64,000 bases of DNA from contig NC_057719.1 in assembly GCF_004010195.1 (NCBI RefSeq), forward strand, positions 72,948,088-73,012,087, read 5' to 3'. The notes beneath the pieces are model-generated. The model was not told where the DNA came from and searched no databases. It worked only from the letters and a program-made list of their open reading frames with translations. Both the position numbers and the translations under genes were made by a program. Below, in pieces: positions 14,871 through 28,950 of the stretch. The number at the start of each line of letters is the position of its first letter. The stretch's first letter is position 1. This stretch comes from Chiloscyllium plagiosum (Eukaryota).

Positions 14871-15257
14871 TAATCAAGAAGTAACAACGACATAAAGAAG
14901 GTCAAAATATCATACCCCAGACTTCCTTCAATCTTAATGATTAACAGCTTCTGTGGATTAATAGTTTTCAAGTCTACCACTGGTTCATAGTACACCACAC
15001 AGTAAAGGGCCATTCCCTTAAAATGAGGAGGATGATCACAAGAAAGAAGCAAAGAGGACATTCCATGCCTGAGAAAGTAGCATTTCAAAAAGCATACTAT
15101 CAATTATTTTAAAATGTTCCACAAACTTTTACATAATATTTGTGTATTTTCATACATTTATACACTTCAATACTTTTTGATTCTACAACAAACAAAAATG
15201 CAGTTAAAAGAGACTCCATACATGGTATCTCAAAGGTAAAACTGAAATGTAATTTCA

Positions 15258-15437
<180 letters not shown>

Positions 15438-15634
15438 CTAAGGTAAACTTTTAAACACTAAACCCACAGACTATAGTAGTACACAAAAGAGGTATCTCCA
15501 GTATGTTTTCTAGCTTATCTATTAGATTTAATCCTCCCAATGAGTGGACAATGATATTAAAATGGAGAGGCACAGTTTCAGTCAAATTATGCTGGTTAGT
15601 ATGACATCAACAAAATTCAAAACCAAATTTTAAG

Positions 15635-16988
15635 TGTTATAGAACCCTGCAGAGACTGAGAATCTTTTTTTGTTAGAATAAAACAAATCCCGATGAGGTC
15701 AACGGAAAGAAAGCCGAAGCACAACATTTCACCTTTTAAACATGTTATTGTAACAAACCAACTAAAACTACCATAAATCAAACATTAACAGATGAAGGAT
15801 ATTTTGAATAAAAACATAAATTTCACTTCAAATGGACTATATTTCAAGTAGTTATAAGGATTTCTACTACTTGGTGCACCAAGTGCCATCTCTCAGACTT
15901 TGTAGCTTGGGCTGAGTTTTCAAGGATTTCGCATCTTCCTTCTAATTGTTTGTCTTTGTGTCATATTCACCAGCAGCCATGTGCCAACTAAAGTCCCCAG
16001 TCCCCCTTTACTGATAATGCAGAATTCTACAAACACTCTCTCACTTGTGTCACAACAGTCCCCAAGACATAGAATCTTCAGAGATTTTCTTCCTTCTCTA
16101 ACTCCTTGATACAGTCTTATTGGTTCTGGAACACCAACACAATAGTCATGGGTCTTAACAAATCAACAATACCACATCATCCAATTTTCAGTGTTTGTCT
16201 TATCCAATTGTACAATACATCCAGTAACACAGTCACTGTTCTATTCTCAGAGCCCTACTTCAACATCAGGATCTGGTAAAAAAAAACTGCCGAACTGAAA
16301 AGTCTTCCATTTAAAGAGGAGACAATGTTTCCTCTTTACTTAAATTACTGGCATTCTAAACTAGCAAACATGAAGAAAAGACTGGAAGTCAAGCTGTCAC
16401 TGTAATCAGCTTTTGATTTACTCTTAGTTTCTTCGTTGTTCACCCCTATGGCGAACCACATGGGCATTTCTTGGAATCTAATATTGAATACAATCAAATT
16501 ACACTCTTTCAGGGGATATACCAACCACTTGGGTCTTAAAGAAACATCACACAAATCGAAAACATGTGCTTTCAAAATCACCAAAAAAAATTGAGAAGCA
16601 CGGTTAACCAAATGCCAAACTAAGGCCCAAACCTGACTTTGCTTAATTTTTAAATTCATAATATTTTCTAATTAACCGGTTTAGGGATATTATTCAATAC
16701 CGATGGAGCAGGTGGAAGTTTAACCCAGGTATCCTGGCTCAGAGGTAGAGACCCAACCCCTGCATCACAAGAGTCCCATACAACTTGGAAATTCACATGA
16801 AGTGGATGAAATGAATTGCAAGCGTAAGAAAAGCAATACACAACTTTCCAGGGCTCAAATACCCAATCAAAACTATTGGATACAATCAAGTCCAGACTAG
16901 ATGCTCTCCAGGAGGGAACAGGCTGGGATTCTTTTTCACTAAGGTCCACTTAATACAGAAAAAATTTCCAGATATTTATATAAAAACA
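15635..16988. mobile_element. Probable solo LTR
   Basis: TGTT...AACA termini flanked by the 4-bp direct repeat TAAG (15631-15634, 16989-16992); no coding capacity. Confidence 0.5.
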
Positions 16989-17956
16989 TAAGAAAGAAAT
17001 GAATGCAAAGCCAAAGAGAGAAGTATTAAGTAACTGCAGGAGTGGTTGCCAAAAAAAATCCCTCGAGGAAAAGATGCTTACTGAAAGGAAAGGGATGGTG
17101 GAAATTTTCGGGAAGAAATTTCAGATAATGGGGCCTATAAGCTGATGGCATGGGTACCAAGGAAGAGATGAAGTGGATGGCATACAAGAGATTAACGTTC
17201 GAAGTATGGAAAGTTCTGGAGAGGTTGTCAAGCTGAGGGAAGTTGTAGAAGAAGAGCTTTACAAGGTCTTCAAGTACTTTCAAATACGAAAATGATCATT
17301 TTAAAACCTGAGGAAATGTTTGGCTGGGAGACAACAAGTCAGTGAGGTTAACAGTGTTGATAAGTTGAACTTAGTGTCGAACATAACATCATTAAAACTT
17401 TATTGGCTAGGCAGGCACTGAAATTGTCATACTTAGTGATGGCAAAGGAATGGATGGCTATGTTTGTGGCAAAGGAAGTCAATATTACTTCGGTGGAAGA
17501 TGACAATTATAGTCTAATACGGACAAAAGCTCCAGGAAGGCTCAGGATCAGTTACAAGTACTAGGTGCACCATTCAGAAGTCCTGGTTAAGATAAATATG
17601 ACATTTTTAATACTTCCTCAGAATGCAAGGCTTCATTTTAAGTTAAACACCTGCTTAAATTAAACATAGTTTACTTAAAAAGATCACAGCAGGCAGAAGG
17701 ATACAATGGAACATTGAAGTTAATTAGTTATATTATCCAACTTTCTTTAAAAGAAAAAGATCTTGATTATCCTTCAAGGTAAAGGATAGGAGTTCTGCAC
17801 CTTCACTTCACATAAAAGAATCAACTTGATCAGATGCAGCCATTAAGAAATATGTTCCAAACCTGTTACTTTTAGGTTGTTATTTCAATACTGAAATCTT
17901 ATTTCAGAAGCCAAATTAGTTCAAATAAAGTTGCACCAAAAAATTCCAACTGTTCA

Positions 17957-18160
<204 letters not shown>

Positions 18161-18859
18161 TTACAATTTTCCAGAATTCACAACATAGCATTCATGGGAC
18201 TAAGTACACAGGGAACCAGAGAGAATGATTGAAACAGTTTGCTCGAATTCCATGGATCAAATATTCTGACAAACAATTCAATGTGAATGCATAACTTCAC
18301 CATATTGACAGACTGTAAAACATCTTTACTTTGTAAAAATAACTATTAATCAAGTTTTTTACTATAAAGCAACATAAATACAAGGTCAGTTAAGATACAC
18401 AGCACAGGAACTCCATGTCTCACGAACAAAATCATGCACTTCTGAATGGGAGAGAGAATGCCAGAACCCACACTGATTTTCCATGATTTTATCTTTAGTC
18501 TTTCATCAATTTTGAATTATGAGCTGGAAATGACTGGCAGATTTTGGAACAGGTTGTGTTAAAGGAAAGGAACAAGCTTTGCTGGTTTGTGAAACCAGGC
18601 CTGGATGCCAACTGCAGGTTGAGCCTTAAGTAACAGGGTTCCAAACAACAGTGACCTTGGGGAACAGCAAAGTGTTTCAACAGACAGCAGAATTTAGCTA
18701 TTAAATGAAACACATTCAATTCTTTCATTAAAGGTAAACTCCCATTTCTGTCAATTTACTGGATACATGGAGTCAATTTTAGCAAGACATTCAAGTTGAG
18801 ATAGATCAATAGAGATGCAGTAGCATACAATTATGGGGATATTCCACAAAGCACAAGAT

Positions 18860-21485
18860 AGATACATTCCAACAAAGAAGAAACAAACATTCTCAGGAAT
18901 GACGTGCCATTCACGGTTAAATAAAATGATGAAAGATGGCATCAAACTCAAAGAATAAGACTTACAGTTGTGCAAATATTGGTGGCAGAAGAGCATGTAA
19001 AATATAAAATGCAGTAAAAAATTAATAAAAGGTAAATAAGGAAGGAAAAGTTAGAATACGTGAGAAAGTTATCCAAAAATAAAAAAAGATGGGAAAAGTT
19101 TCTTCAGGTATTTCAAAAAGAGTTAACAAGCTAAGTGTTGGTCAGATAGAAAATGAATCTGGGGAATCAGTGAGAGAGAATCAAGAGATGGCTGACAAAC
19201 CACATATTCTGCATATCTGAGGGGATATCCTAAAAGAACTAGCTGGGAGATACTTGAATGTAATTTTCCAAAAGTCATGACATTAAAGAAAGGTTCCTTT
19301 AGATTAGAAAATAGCCAAGATAACTCCTTAATTTGAAAGGGAGAGGGGCAGAAAGGAGGAATATACAAGCCACTTAGCTTAACATCTGTCATAGGGTGAA
19401 TATGAGAAGCATGCTTGATGGGCCAAAGGGCCTTTTTCTGAGCTGCAGACCTCGATGACTCTAAAAGCTATTATTCAATACATTATAACAGAGCACTTAC
19501 ATAAGTTTAAGGTAATCAGATAGTGCCAACATGGTTTAGTCATAGGAAAATCATGTTGAACTAATTAATTGGAGTTCTTCGAAGTAGCTTGTGCAGTGGA
19601 AAAAGGGGAATCAGTGCATGTATTCTACTTAGATTTCTAGAAGGCATTTGAGAAGATACCACATCAAAGGTTATTGTGGAAAAGCTCATGGTTTTAGGGG
19701 AATATTTTGGCATGAGAAGAAGATTGACAGAGGGTAGGAATAAATAGGTCTCTCCAGAATGGCAGGATATAAGAAATGCTGTGCCACAAGGGCCAGTGCT
19801 AGGGTATCAATTCTTTACAATTTAACTAACTAACTTGTATGACAGGACAAAAGGTATAGTAGCTAAATTTGCTGACAACACAAAGATAGGTACGAAAGGG
19901 AGTTATGAAGATAAAAGGAGCCTGCAATGGACGTACATAGGCTAAGATAAGTGAACAAAGATCCGGCAAATGGAGTTCAGCATGGGAAAGCATTACTTTT
20001 CCTTCAAAAGAGGACGATTAAAGAACAAGCTGATCATCTAAATGATGAGAGGTTGTGCGAATCACAGAAGGTTCGCGTGCAAGTACAGCAAGTAAGTAGG
20101 AAAGGTAATAGCACATTATGGTTCATTGCGAGGGAACTGAATGCAAGAGTAGGCAAGTTATGCTTCAGTTATACAGGACATTCGAGAGACCACATCTGGA
20201 TTTCTACATACAGTCGTGGTCACTGTACTTATGGAAAGATGTTAACGCATTGGAAAAAATTCTGATATTTACTGGATTCAAACCTCAAATAAGTGTATTG
20301 CCTTACATGGAAAGACTAAGCAGGCTAGGCTAGACCTGTTAGAAAGGTCAGAGTTGACTTAATTGAAACATACAAGATCCTGACTGGACTGCACCAGGTG
20401 GATGTGGAAAGGGTGCTTCCTCAAACAACACTGGATGCAGAATCTTCAAATATTTTTAAGGTGGAGGTAGATCAGTTCTTGATTGCCAAGGAGGTGAAAG
20501 ATAATTGGGGATACATAGGAATATACAGTTGAGGTTAAAATTAGATCAGCCATGGTGTTGCTACATATGAAGCAGGCTCGAAAGGCTCCTGTTCCTTTGA
20601 TGCTGCCTGACCTGCTGCGCTTTTCCAGCAACACACTTTTAAGCTCGAAAGGCTTAATGACCTACTCTTGTTCCTTGTCCAAAAAGTATTCAGAACGGAT
20701 TCAGAAACAGTCCCTGCAGAAGGCTGACAAGGGAAGGGGTGAACACAGCAACTAATGATCATTTAGAAGTCTGAAGTGCAAAGAGACTTGGAAGTTCTAG
20801 TCCAATATTTTCTCAAGGTAATCTTGCAGGTTGAGTCAGTCGTTAGGAAGGAAAAGGCAATGATGGCACTTAGTTTGGGAGGAGTTGAACATAAAAGCAG
20901 GGATGTACTTCTGAGGCTCGAAAAGGCTGTGGTCAGACCACATTTGGAATGTCGTATACGGTTTTGGGCCCCATATCTCAGGAAGGATGAACTGGCCTTG
21001 AAGCATGTTCAGAGAAGATTAACCTAAGTAGGCCCAAGAATGAACAGCTTAACATTTGAGGAATGTTTAAGGACTCTGGGTCTATACTCGATGAGAGTTT
21101 AGAAGGATGAGGGGGGATCTAATTGAAACTTAAAGAATACTGAATGGCCTGCACAGAGCGAGTGTTGGGAAGATGTTTCCATTGATAGGAGAGACTAGAA
21201 CTCGAGGGTACAGCTTTAGAGAAAGGGGAAGACCTTTCAGAACAGAGCTAAGGAGAAACTTCAGCCAGAGAGTGGTAAATCTATGGAATTCACTGCCACA
21301 GAATGCAGTGGCGCCAGGTCATTGAGTATATTTAAGATGGAGATAGATAGGTTCTTTGTGGTAAAGGGATCAGGAAGGAAGTTTCTCAACCTCACTCTCC
21401 CACTTATCAGCAATGATTGAATGACGGAGCATACCTGATGGGTTAATTGACTTAATTTCTGCTTCTATGTCTTATGGTCTTATGA
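18860..21485 (+). mobile_element. Two or more degenerate CR1 ORF2 fragments
   Basis: Remnants of QHGF, KFAD and VRPHLECRIRFWAP motifs; CTTATGGTCTTATG tail near 21480. Confidence 0.75.
20588..20642 (+). mobile_element. 55-bp fragment of the same Penelope pseudo-LTR family
   Basis: 12-bp TSD GCTCGAAAGGCT (20576-20587, 20643-20654); sequence matches the fold-back arms. Confidence 0.75.
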
Positions 21486-22969
21486 ATGCTGGTGGGGTGG
21501 CCCAGGGAACACCTTTTGCTGTTGTGAGAGGAAAATAAAGAGGTGAGATGAGGACTGGGAGGTGCGGTGGACCATGCTGAGGGCCCTGTCAATCACAATG
21601 GTGAGAAGTACTTGTTTGAGGAAGAAGGTCTCCTTTAACTCTTCACACTTGCTTCAGCTCAAAGATGTGGTCATGGGTACCTGCATGGGCCCTCGTTATA
21701 CCTGTCTCTTTGTGGGGTACAAGGAACATTCCTTGACCCAATCTTACTCAGTACCCAAATCAACAACTTTTTGTCCAGTACATCCATGACATTGTCCATG
21801 CTGCTTCTCTCTCACATCACAAATTGAAAAAGTTAATTTTCCACCATGCTCTCACCTTCATCGGGTCTAACTCTGACTTCCCTTTCTTGAAATCTCTCTT
21901 TCCACATGTGGAAATAGACTGGCCACCAATATTGACTGCAAACCCACCAACTCTCACAGTTACCTTTCCTATAAATCCTCACACCTTGCTTCCTATGAAG
22001 TCTTTCCATCACTTCTGTTCCAATGATGCCAGCTTTTACAAGGGGCCTCTGAAACATTCCCCTCCTTCCTCAAATGAGGATTTCCCAACACAGTGGTTGA
22101 CGGGGCCCCCAGCTATGACTGATCCATCTTCTGTACTTTGGCTCTCGCCCCTTCTCTTTCCTTTCCACAATAGCGACAGGGATGGTTGGTCCTCACCACC
22201 CCACCAGCATCCGCATCCAAAGGCAGCTATTTCCACCACTTCCAGCAGGATGAATATTCCCCTTCCTGCCCTAGTCAGCCTTCCACAGGGATCACTGCCT
22301 CTGGGATACCTTGGCCCACTCCTCCTCCACTCCTATAACCTCGCCACACCCACTCAGCACCTTCCTGTGAAATCATAGAGGTGTACCACCTACTCATTTA
22401 CTTCCTCCCTCCTTGCTGTCCAAGACCCCAGCTATACCTTCCAAGTAAAGCAGCAATTACATGCATTTCACTCAATGCAGTCTGCTATATTTACTGCCCA
22501 CAATGCAATCTGCTCAACACTGGGAAGATGAAACGCAAGCTGGGGACCACTTTGCCGACATTCTGAACGCAAAAATGACGCTGAGCTTCCTGTTGTCTGC
22601 AATTTCAATACACCATTGTTTTCCTGGCCAACATCTCAGTCTCAGGGTTCTGCAATGCTTCAGTGAAGCTCAGCATACACTGCAAGAACAACATTTCATT
22701 TTCCACTTGGCAACCTTGCAACCTTCAGGATTCAATATCAAGTTCAATAATTTTAGAGGAGAAAGTGAGGACTGCAGATGCTGGAGATCAGAGCTGAAAA
22801 TGTGTTGCTGGAAAAGCGTAGCAGGTCAGGCAGCATCCAAGGAACAGGAGAATCGATGTTTCGGGCATAAGCCCTTCTTCAGGAAAGAGGAAAGTGTGTC
22901 CAGCAGGCTAAGATAAAAGGTAGGGAGGAGGGACTTGGGGGAGGAGCGTTGGAAATGCGATAGGTGGAA

Positions 22970-23928
22970 NNNNNNNNNNNNNNNNNNNNNNNNNNNNNNN
23001 NNNNNNNNNNNNNNNNNNNNNNNNNNNNNNNNNNNNNNNNNNNNNNNNNNNNNNNNNNNNNNNNNNNNNNNNNNNNNNNNNNNNNNNNNNNNNNNNNNNN
23101 NNNNNNNNNNNNNNNNNNNNNNNNNNNNNNNNNNNNNNNNNNNNNNNNNNNNNNNNNNNNNNNNNNNNNNNNNNNNNNNNNNNNNNNNNNNNNNNNNNNN
23201 NNNNNNNNNNNNNNNNNNNNNNNNNNNNNNNNNNNNNNNNNNNNNNNNNNNNNNNNNNNNNNNNNNNNNNNNNNNNNNNNNNNNNNNNNNNNNNNNNNNN
23301 NNNNNNNNNNNNNNNNNNNNNNNNNNNNNNNNNNNNNNNNNNNNNNNNNNNNNNNNNNNNNNNNNNNNNNNNNNNNNNNNNNNNNNNNNNNNNNNNNNNN
23401 NNNNNNNNNNNNNNNNNNNNNNNNNNNNNNNNNNNNNNNNNNNNNNNNNNNNNNNNNNNNNNNNNNNNNNNNNNNNNNNNNNNNNNNNNNNNNNNNNNNN
23501 NNNNNNNNNNNNNNNNNNNNNNNNNNNNNNNNNNNNNNNNNNNNNNNNNNNNNNNNNNNNNNNNNNNNNNNNNNNNNNNNNNNNNNNNNNNNNNNNNNNN
23601 NNNNNNNNNNNNNNNNNNNNNNNNNNNNNNNNNNNNNNNNNNNNNNNNNNNNNNNNNNNNNNNNNNNNNNNNNNNNNNNNNNNNNNNNNNNNNNNNNNNN
23701 NNNNNNNNNNNNNNNNNNNNNNNNNNNNNNNNNNNNNNNNNNNNNNNNNNNNNNNNNNNNNNNNNNNNNNNNNNNNNNNNNNNNNNNNNNNNNNNNNNNN
23801 NNNNNNNNNNNNNNNNNNNNNNNNNNNNNNNNNNNNNNNNNNNNNNNNNNNNNNNNNNNNNNNNNNNNNNNNNNNNNNNNNNNNNNNNNNNNNNNNNNNN
23901 NNNNNNNNNNNNNNNNNNNNNNNNNNNN
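22970..23928. other. Assembly gap (N run)
   Basis: Run of N. Confidence 1.
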
Positions 23929-24045
23929 CCCCACTCCGGCCTATCACCCTCACCTTGACCTCCTTCCACCTATCGCATTTCCAACGCCCCTCCCCCTAGT
24001 CCCTCCTCCCTACCTTTTATCTTAGCCTGCTGGACACACTTTCCT

Positions 24046-24083
24046 CATTCCTGAAGAAGGGCTTACGCCCGAAACGTCGATTC
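24046..24083 (+). ncRNA. Minimal type-I hammerhead ribozyme motif, core intact
   Basis: CUGAAGA (24051-24057), extra A, stem II GGGC/UUAC/GCCC, GAAA, palindromic ACGU stem III, predicted cleavage after GUC at 24078. Confidence 0.7.
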
Positions 24084-24995
24084 TCCTGTTCAATAATTTT
24101 AGAGCCTGAGTAAATTCACCCATGTCTTGATCCCATCCACCACACACCAGGTGTGATCATGTGTGCGACCACAACCAACCCACTGTCAGCTACTAATGGG
24201 CCCCTTAGCAGTTACTGATTCTTCCAGTTTCACCTTTACCCATTCCTCTGTCTGCCCAATTGTTGTTGTCTCACTCTCTGGGCTCCATTCCCATTAATCA
24301 ATTACTCCTGCCCCTCTTCCCACTCCTCATCTTCAGCATATAAATCAACCTTTTCCTCGCTACTATCAGCTCTAAAGGGTCACTGGACCCAAACCGTTAA
24401 CTCTGCTTTCTCTCCACAGTAGCTGCCAGGCCTGAGGTTTTCCAGCAATGTTTTTGATGTTGAAAAATGTGACAATCCTTCTTCCACACCCATAGAACAC
24501 CTATCTTAATTTCAACCACAAATCCTAGAAGTGAATTCCACAGCTTCTTGCATGATTAAGATTCTCCTTTGATCTATTAAGAATCCCTTACATTCAATCT
24601 TTTGCTGATATGATCACTTGTTTGTGATCCCTCAACTATTGAGTGCAGTTATTTTGAATTAACCATGTCTGATCCTTCCATTACTTTAAACAACATATTA
24701 TTTCTATTATTTGATCAGATTAAGGTGCAGTTTGATCATTTCTTCAGATCTATATTTCTTCCATCTGGTTCATACCACAGCCGGTTTCAACATGTGGAAT
24801 AACAGTACCTTCCAAAATGATTACGATGAAACCTAGAATTTCATTAGATTTTTGCAAACAGAAATACAGAATTCTGTGCTGTTGCTCAGAAGAATTCTCA
24901 GTATAGGGCAGAAAAAAAAATAATAAAAGGAAATCAAGAGTAACAGAGTACTGGAAATGTTAAGAACTAACCATATGACGTCCTTATGTTGGCTA

Positions 24996-25181
<186 letters not shown>

Positions 25182-25443
25182 CTAAGAGACAAACCATGTT
25201 AGAGGTAGATATTAAAGATTTATTCATGTCAGTAAGATACTATTACACAGCTTCAATAGCTACAAAACAGCTAGGTTGCCAATTTGTACTGAGGTTTAAC
25301 ATTCTCCCAGAGTATTTAGCACAATAATAAATATCTGATGCTCAATTATCTGTTCAACTGGCCATTTATCCAAACAGGTGATATTATTTCTGTTAACCTA
25401 GCACTACTCACATTTACTTTGAAATAGATTCTTTGGACTGTCA

Positions 25444-25749
<306 letters not shown>

Positions 25750-25999
25750 TTATTAAAGTGATTGATCTTTCTAACTTAAGCATAAATACTTCATTTAAAA
25801 TAAACTGCTGAAAAAATGCAAGCTGGAAGTCAAAGAAAATAACTGTTGGATGTAATCAGCATGTTGGATAGCATCCGTGGTAAAGGAAAAATAAGGATTC
25901 TGATGAAAGGTAATCAACCTGAAAGATGACTTGTTTCCTGCTCCCAAGGTCCCACCTGATCAGCTGAAAGTGGTAGGGCAGATGGAGTGAGTAGTAACA

Positions 26000-26640
26000 G
26001 CGCATAGAGTATTCTGAGCTTCAGTAATAGGAGCACAGAGTAAGGAGATTACATTTTACTTACATTAGTTATACCACAGCTGCGAATATGGTGTTCAGCT
26101 CTGGGTATGATATGTTAGAAAAGACGTGAAAGGTTTGGGAGAGAGTACAGAAGTTGTTTAGGAGAATGGTTCCTGTGTTGCATAACTTCAGCGATGAAGA
26201 CAGATTGGAGCTGTTGGGACTAGTTTCCCTGGAAAGAAGAATGCTAAAAGGAGATCTGATAGAAATTTTCAAAACCATGAGGAATCCGAACAAAGTAGAT
26301 ACAAAGAAACTGTTCACACTTGTGATCCGACAGGATCCAGAGGACAAAAATTTCAAGTGTTTTGTAAAAGGAACAAATGCAAAGTGAGAAAGACCTCAGT
26401 CACACGGCAAGTAACCATAATACAATTGCATGTCGGAGCAGAAATAGACCATTCAGCCCATCAAGTTTGCTCACCATTCAAAGAGATCAGGATTGATCTG
26501 ATGATCCTCAACTCCACTTTTCCCTATGATCTTCATTTCCCTTATGATTAAAAATCTGTCTATCTTAGCCTTGAACATATTTAACAGTCCAGCCTCAACA
26601 GCCCTCTGTGGTAAAGAAATCAAAAGATTCACTATGCTCC
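26000..26640. mobile_element. CR1 3' fragments in both orientations
   Basis: LGLVSLERRMLKGDLIEIFK motif on the plus strand, followed by a minus-strand tail. Confidence 0.65.
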
Positions 26641-27176
26641 AAGTAGCTCAAAAGGTAGATGATTTCCCCTCAGCCAAGATGCAGATAGCCAGTGCAAACA
26701 CAGTAGGACAAATGACAGATCTGTTATCAAGTGTGGAAAATTACCAATGTAAAAATGCATATTTTTGCTCTGACATCACAAAGAAGGACTTGCACACAAA
26801 TGTCTGCTCCCAGAGTTAAAGTACGAATTTTAGCCATAATAGAAGAAACTTCAAGAAGTTTTAGCACCAAGGCAGATTGTTCTATTATTTAAAGCATCTT
26901 ATGAATAGAGGGTGGCTAAGAAAATGGGATAAATCAAGACACTATGTGAGATTTAATGTATTGCTGAGGTCCAGAATTACATAACTATAGCAAACTGCAC
27001 ATTTTCCATTTTGCATAAAAGAAAGTTATATCTTGGGAAATAACACCAATTGAGTCTTTATCCTCTACAACCTTCATTAATGTAACTGCATTAGCTTTGC
27101 TCTAAAATAAAACAGCTGTACTCAAATTTGTGGCATTGCCAAAACCATGATCCATCTGGAAAAAAGAAATCACTTA

Positions 27177-27554
<378 letters not shown>

Positions 27555-28119
27555 TCATCCAGAGTGTTACTGTGACCTCATTTCCACTTCCACTAGACCA
27601 AGGAATTCATGCTTGAACAGATAAAACTGTGAATGACTTAGCCATCCACTTCCAGTGAAAACGGTCCTGTTCTTCACCACCTCCAGAACATATGGAATGC
27701 AAAGATAACCAGGCCTGTTTTCTTGACTGCAAACTTTCTTTTTAAATTCCTCTCCACATTTCATTGAGCATCACTTCCAATAGCAAATACAAGGAGCTCA
27801 TGGATCTTCATGACCAAGATCAAAACCATCTCTTCCTTGGCCAAACATCCTCACAATTGCTCCCTGCTCCAGCCCAGAGTTCACATCTTTTGGAGTTTCT
27901 TCCCTCATGTCATCTCAAGCACTGACCAGTCCATTAAGCTCCTTCTCCATTTTACCTACTCCCACTAAACTGCTAACTGCCCAACTTTCCTTCCTGACTT
28001 ACATTGCTATTCAGCATTATTAATAGCTCCCTTTCTCGGGTACAGGTTTTCAAGTCGACTCCTCACAGTTCAATCAGCCACTATCAAGTCTCATCTCGCA
28101 ATTCATGCCTCCATGAAAA

Positions 28120-28950
28120 GACTAAAAGATGTAGAAGGAGAAATAAGCTATTTAACCCAAGGTTGCTCCATTATTCAATGAGATCATGGTTGTTATGAAT
28201 TTTTAAATCCACTTTCCTCCCTTTTCCCCAGGACCCTGGATTCTCTGACTAAATAAAAATTTCTCTGCCTTAAACATAGTTCACAGCCCCACCTCACCAG
28301 TTCTATGTGGTAAAGAATACAATAAATTCACAACCTTCAGAAGAAATTCCTCATCTGGGTCTTAAGTATGTCACTCTTATTCTGAGATCCGGTCTTTGAC
28401 TCTCCCACAAGGGAAACAATATATCCTCGTCAACCCTGTCAATCCCCTAACAATCTTATTTGTTTCAATGAAGTCATTGCCCATTCTTCTATATTCCAAT
28501 AAGTACAGGTTTAATCTACTTACCTCTCCTCAGAAGAGTGCTCCTCCATTCCTGGTGTCAGCCTAGTAAACCTCTGGACTGCATTCATTGCAAATATATA
28601 TCTTACTAAATAAGGCCATATTTCAGCTGAGATTTGACTTGTATAGTTTCAGCAAAACCTCCCTACTTTTACACTCTATTTCCTTCCTTATTACTGTCTG
28701 AAGTTGGACACTAGATTTTTGAGATTGATGAACAAAGACACCCAAATTTCTCTGATCCTTAGCTTTCTGCAGTCATTAAATAATATTTAGCTTCTTTATT
28801 CTTTCTGACAAAGTTTAATTTTCCAATATTATGTTCCTTCTGGCAAGTTTTTGTCCACTCACTTAAACTGTCTTTATATTTCTGCAGACTCTATGTCAAG
28901 CTAACCCCCTTGCTTTCCTGCCCATTTCTGTGCCATCTACAAACTTGACT
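28120..28950 (-). mobile_element. Degenerate CR1 3' fragment
   Basis: Similar to the 3' end of the element at 32853. Confidence 0.55.

Larger units (their letters stand above)
22759..24087. mobile_element. Young Penelope-derived inverted-arm insertion, with an assembly gap in its centre
   Basis: 17-bp TSD GTTCAATAATTTTAGAG (22742-22758, 24088-24104); visible inverted arms at ~22843-22969 and ~23964-24090. Confidence 0.85.
21600..24460 (+). mobile_element. Old Penelope-like retroelement (RT, GIY-YIG endonuclease, 3' pseudo-LTR), interrupted by a younger insertion at 22759-24087
   Basis: FNSSHLLQLKDVVMGTCMGPRYTCLFVGY matches Penelope RT; CISLNAVCYIYCPQCNLLNTG matches a decayed GIY-YIG; decayed hammerhead at ~24367-24403. 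Confidence 0.8.

Noticed and set aside
22826..24025. Long 350-375 aa ORFs in the track, and similar ones at 37798-38749
   Set aside because: Artefacts of translating N runs.
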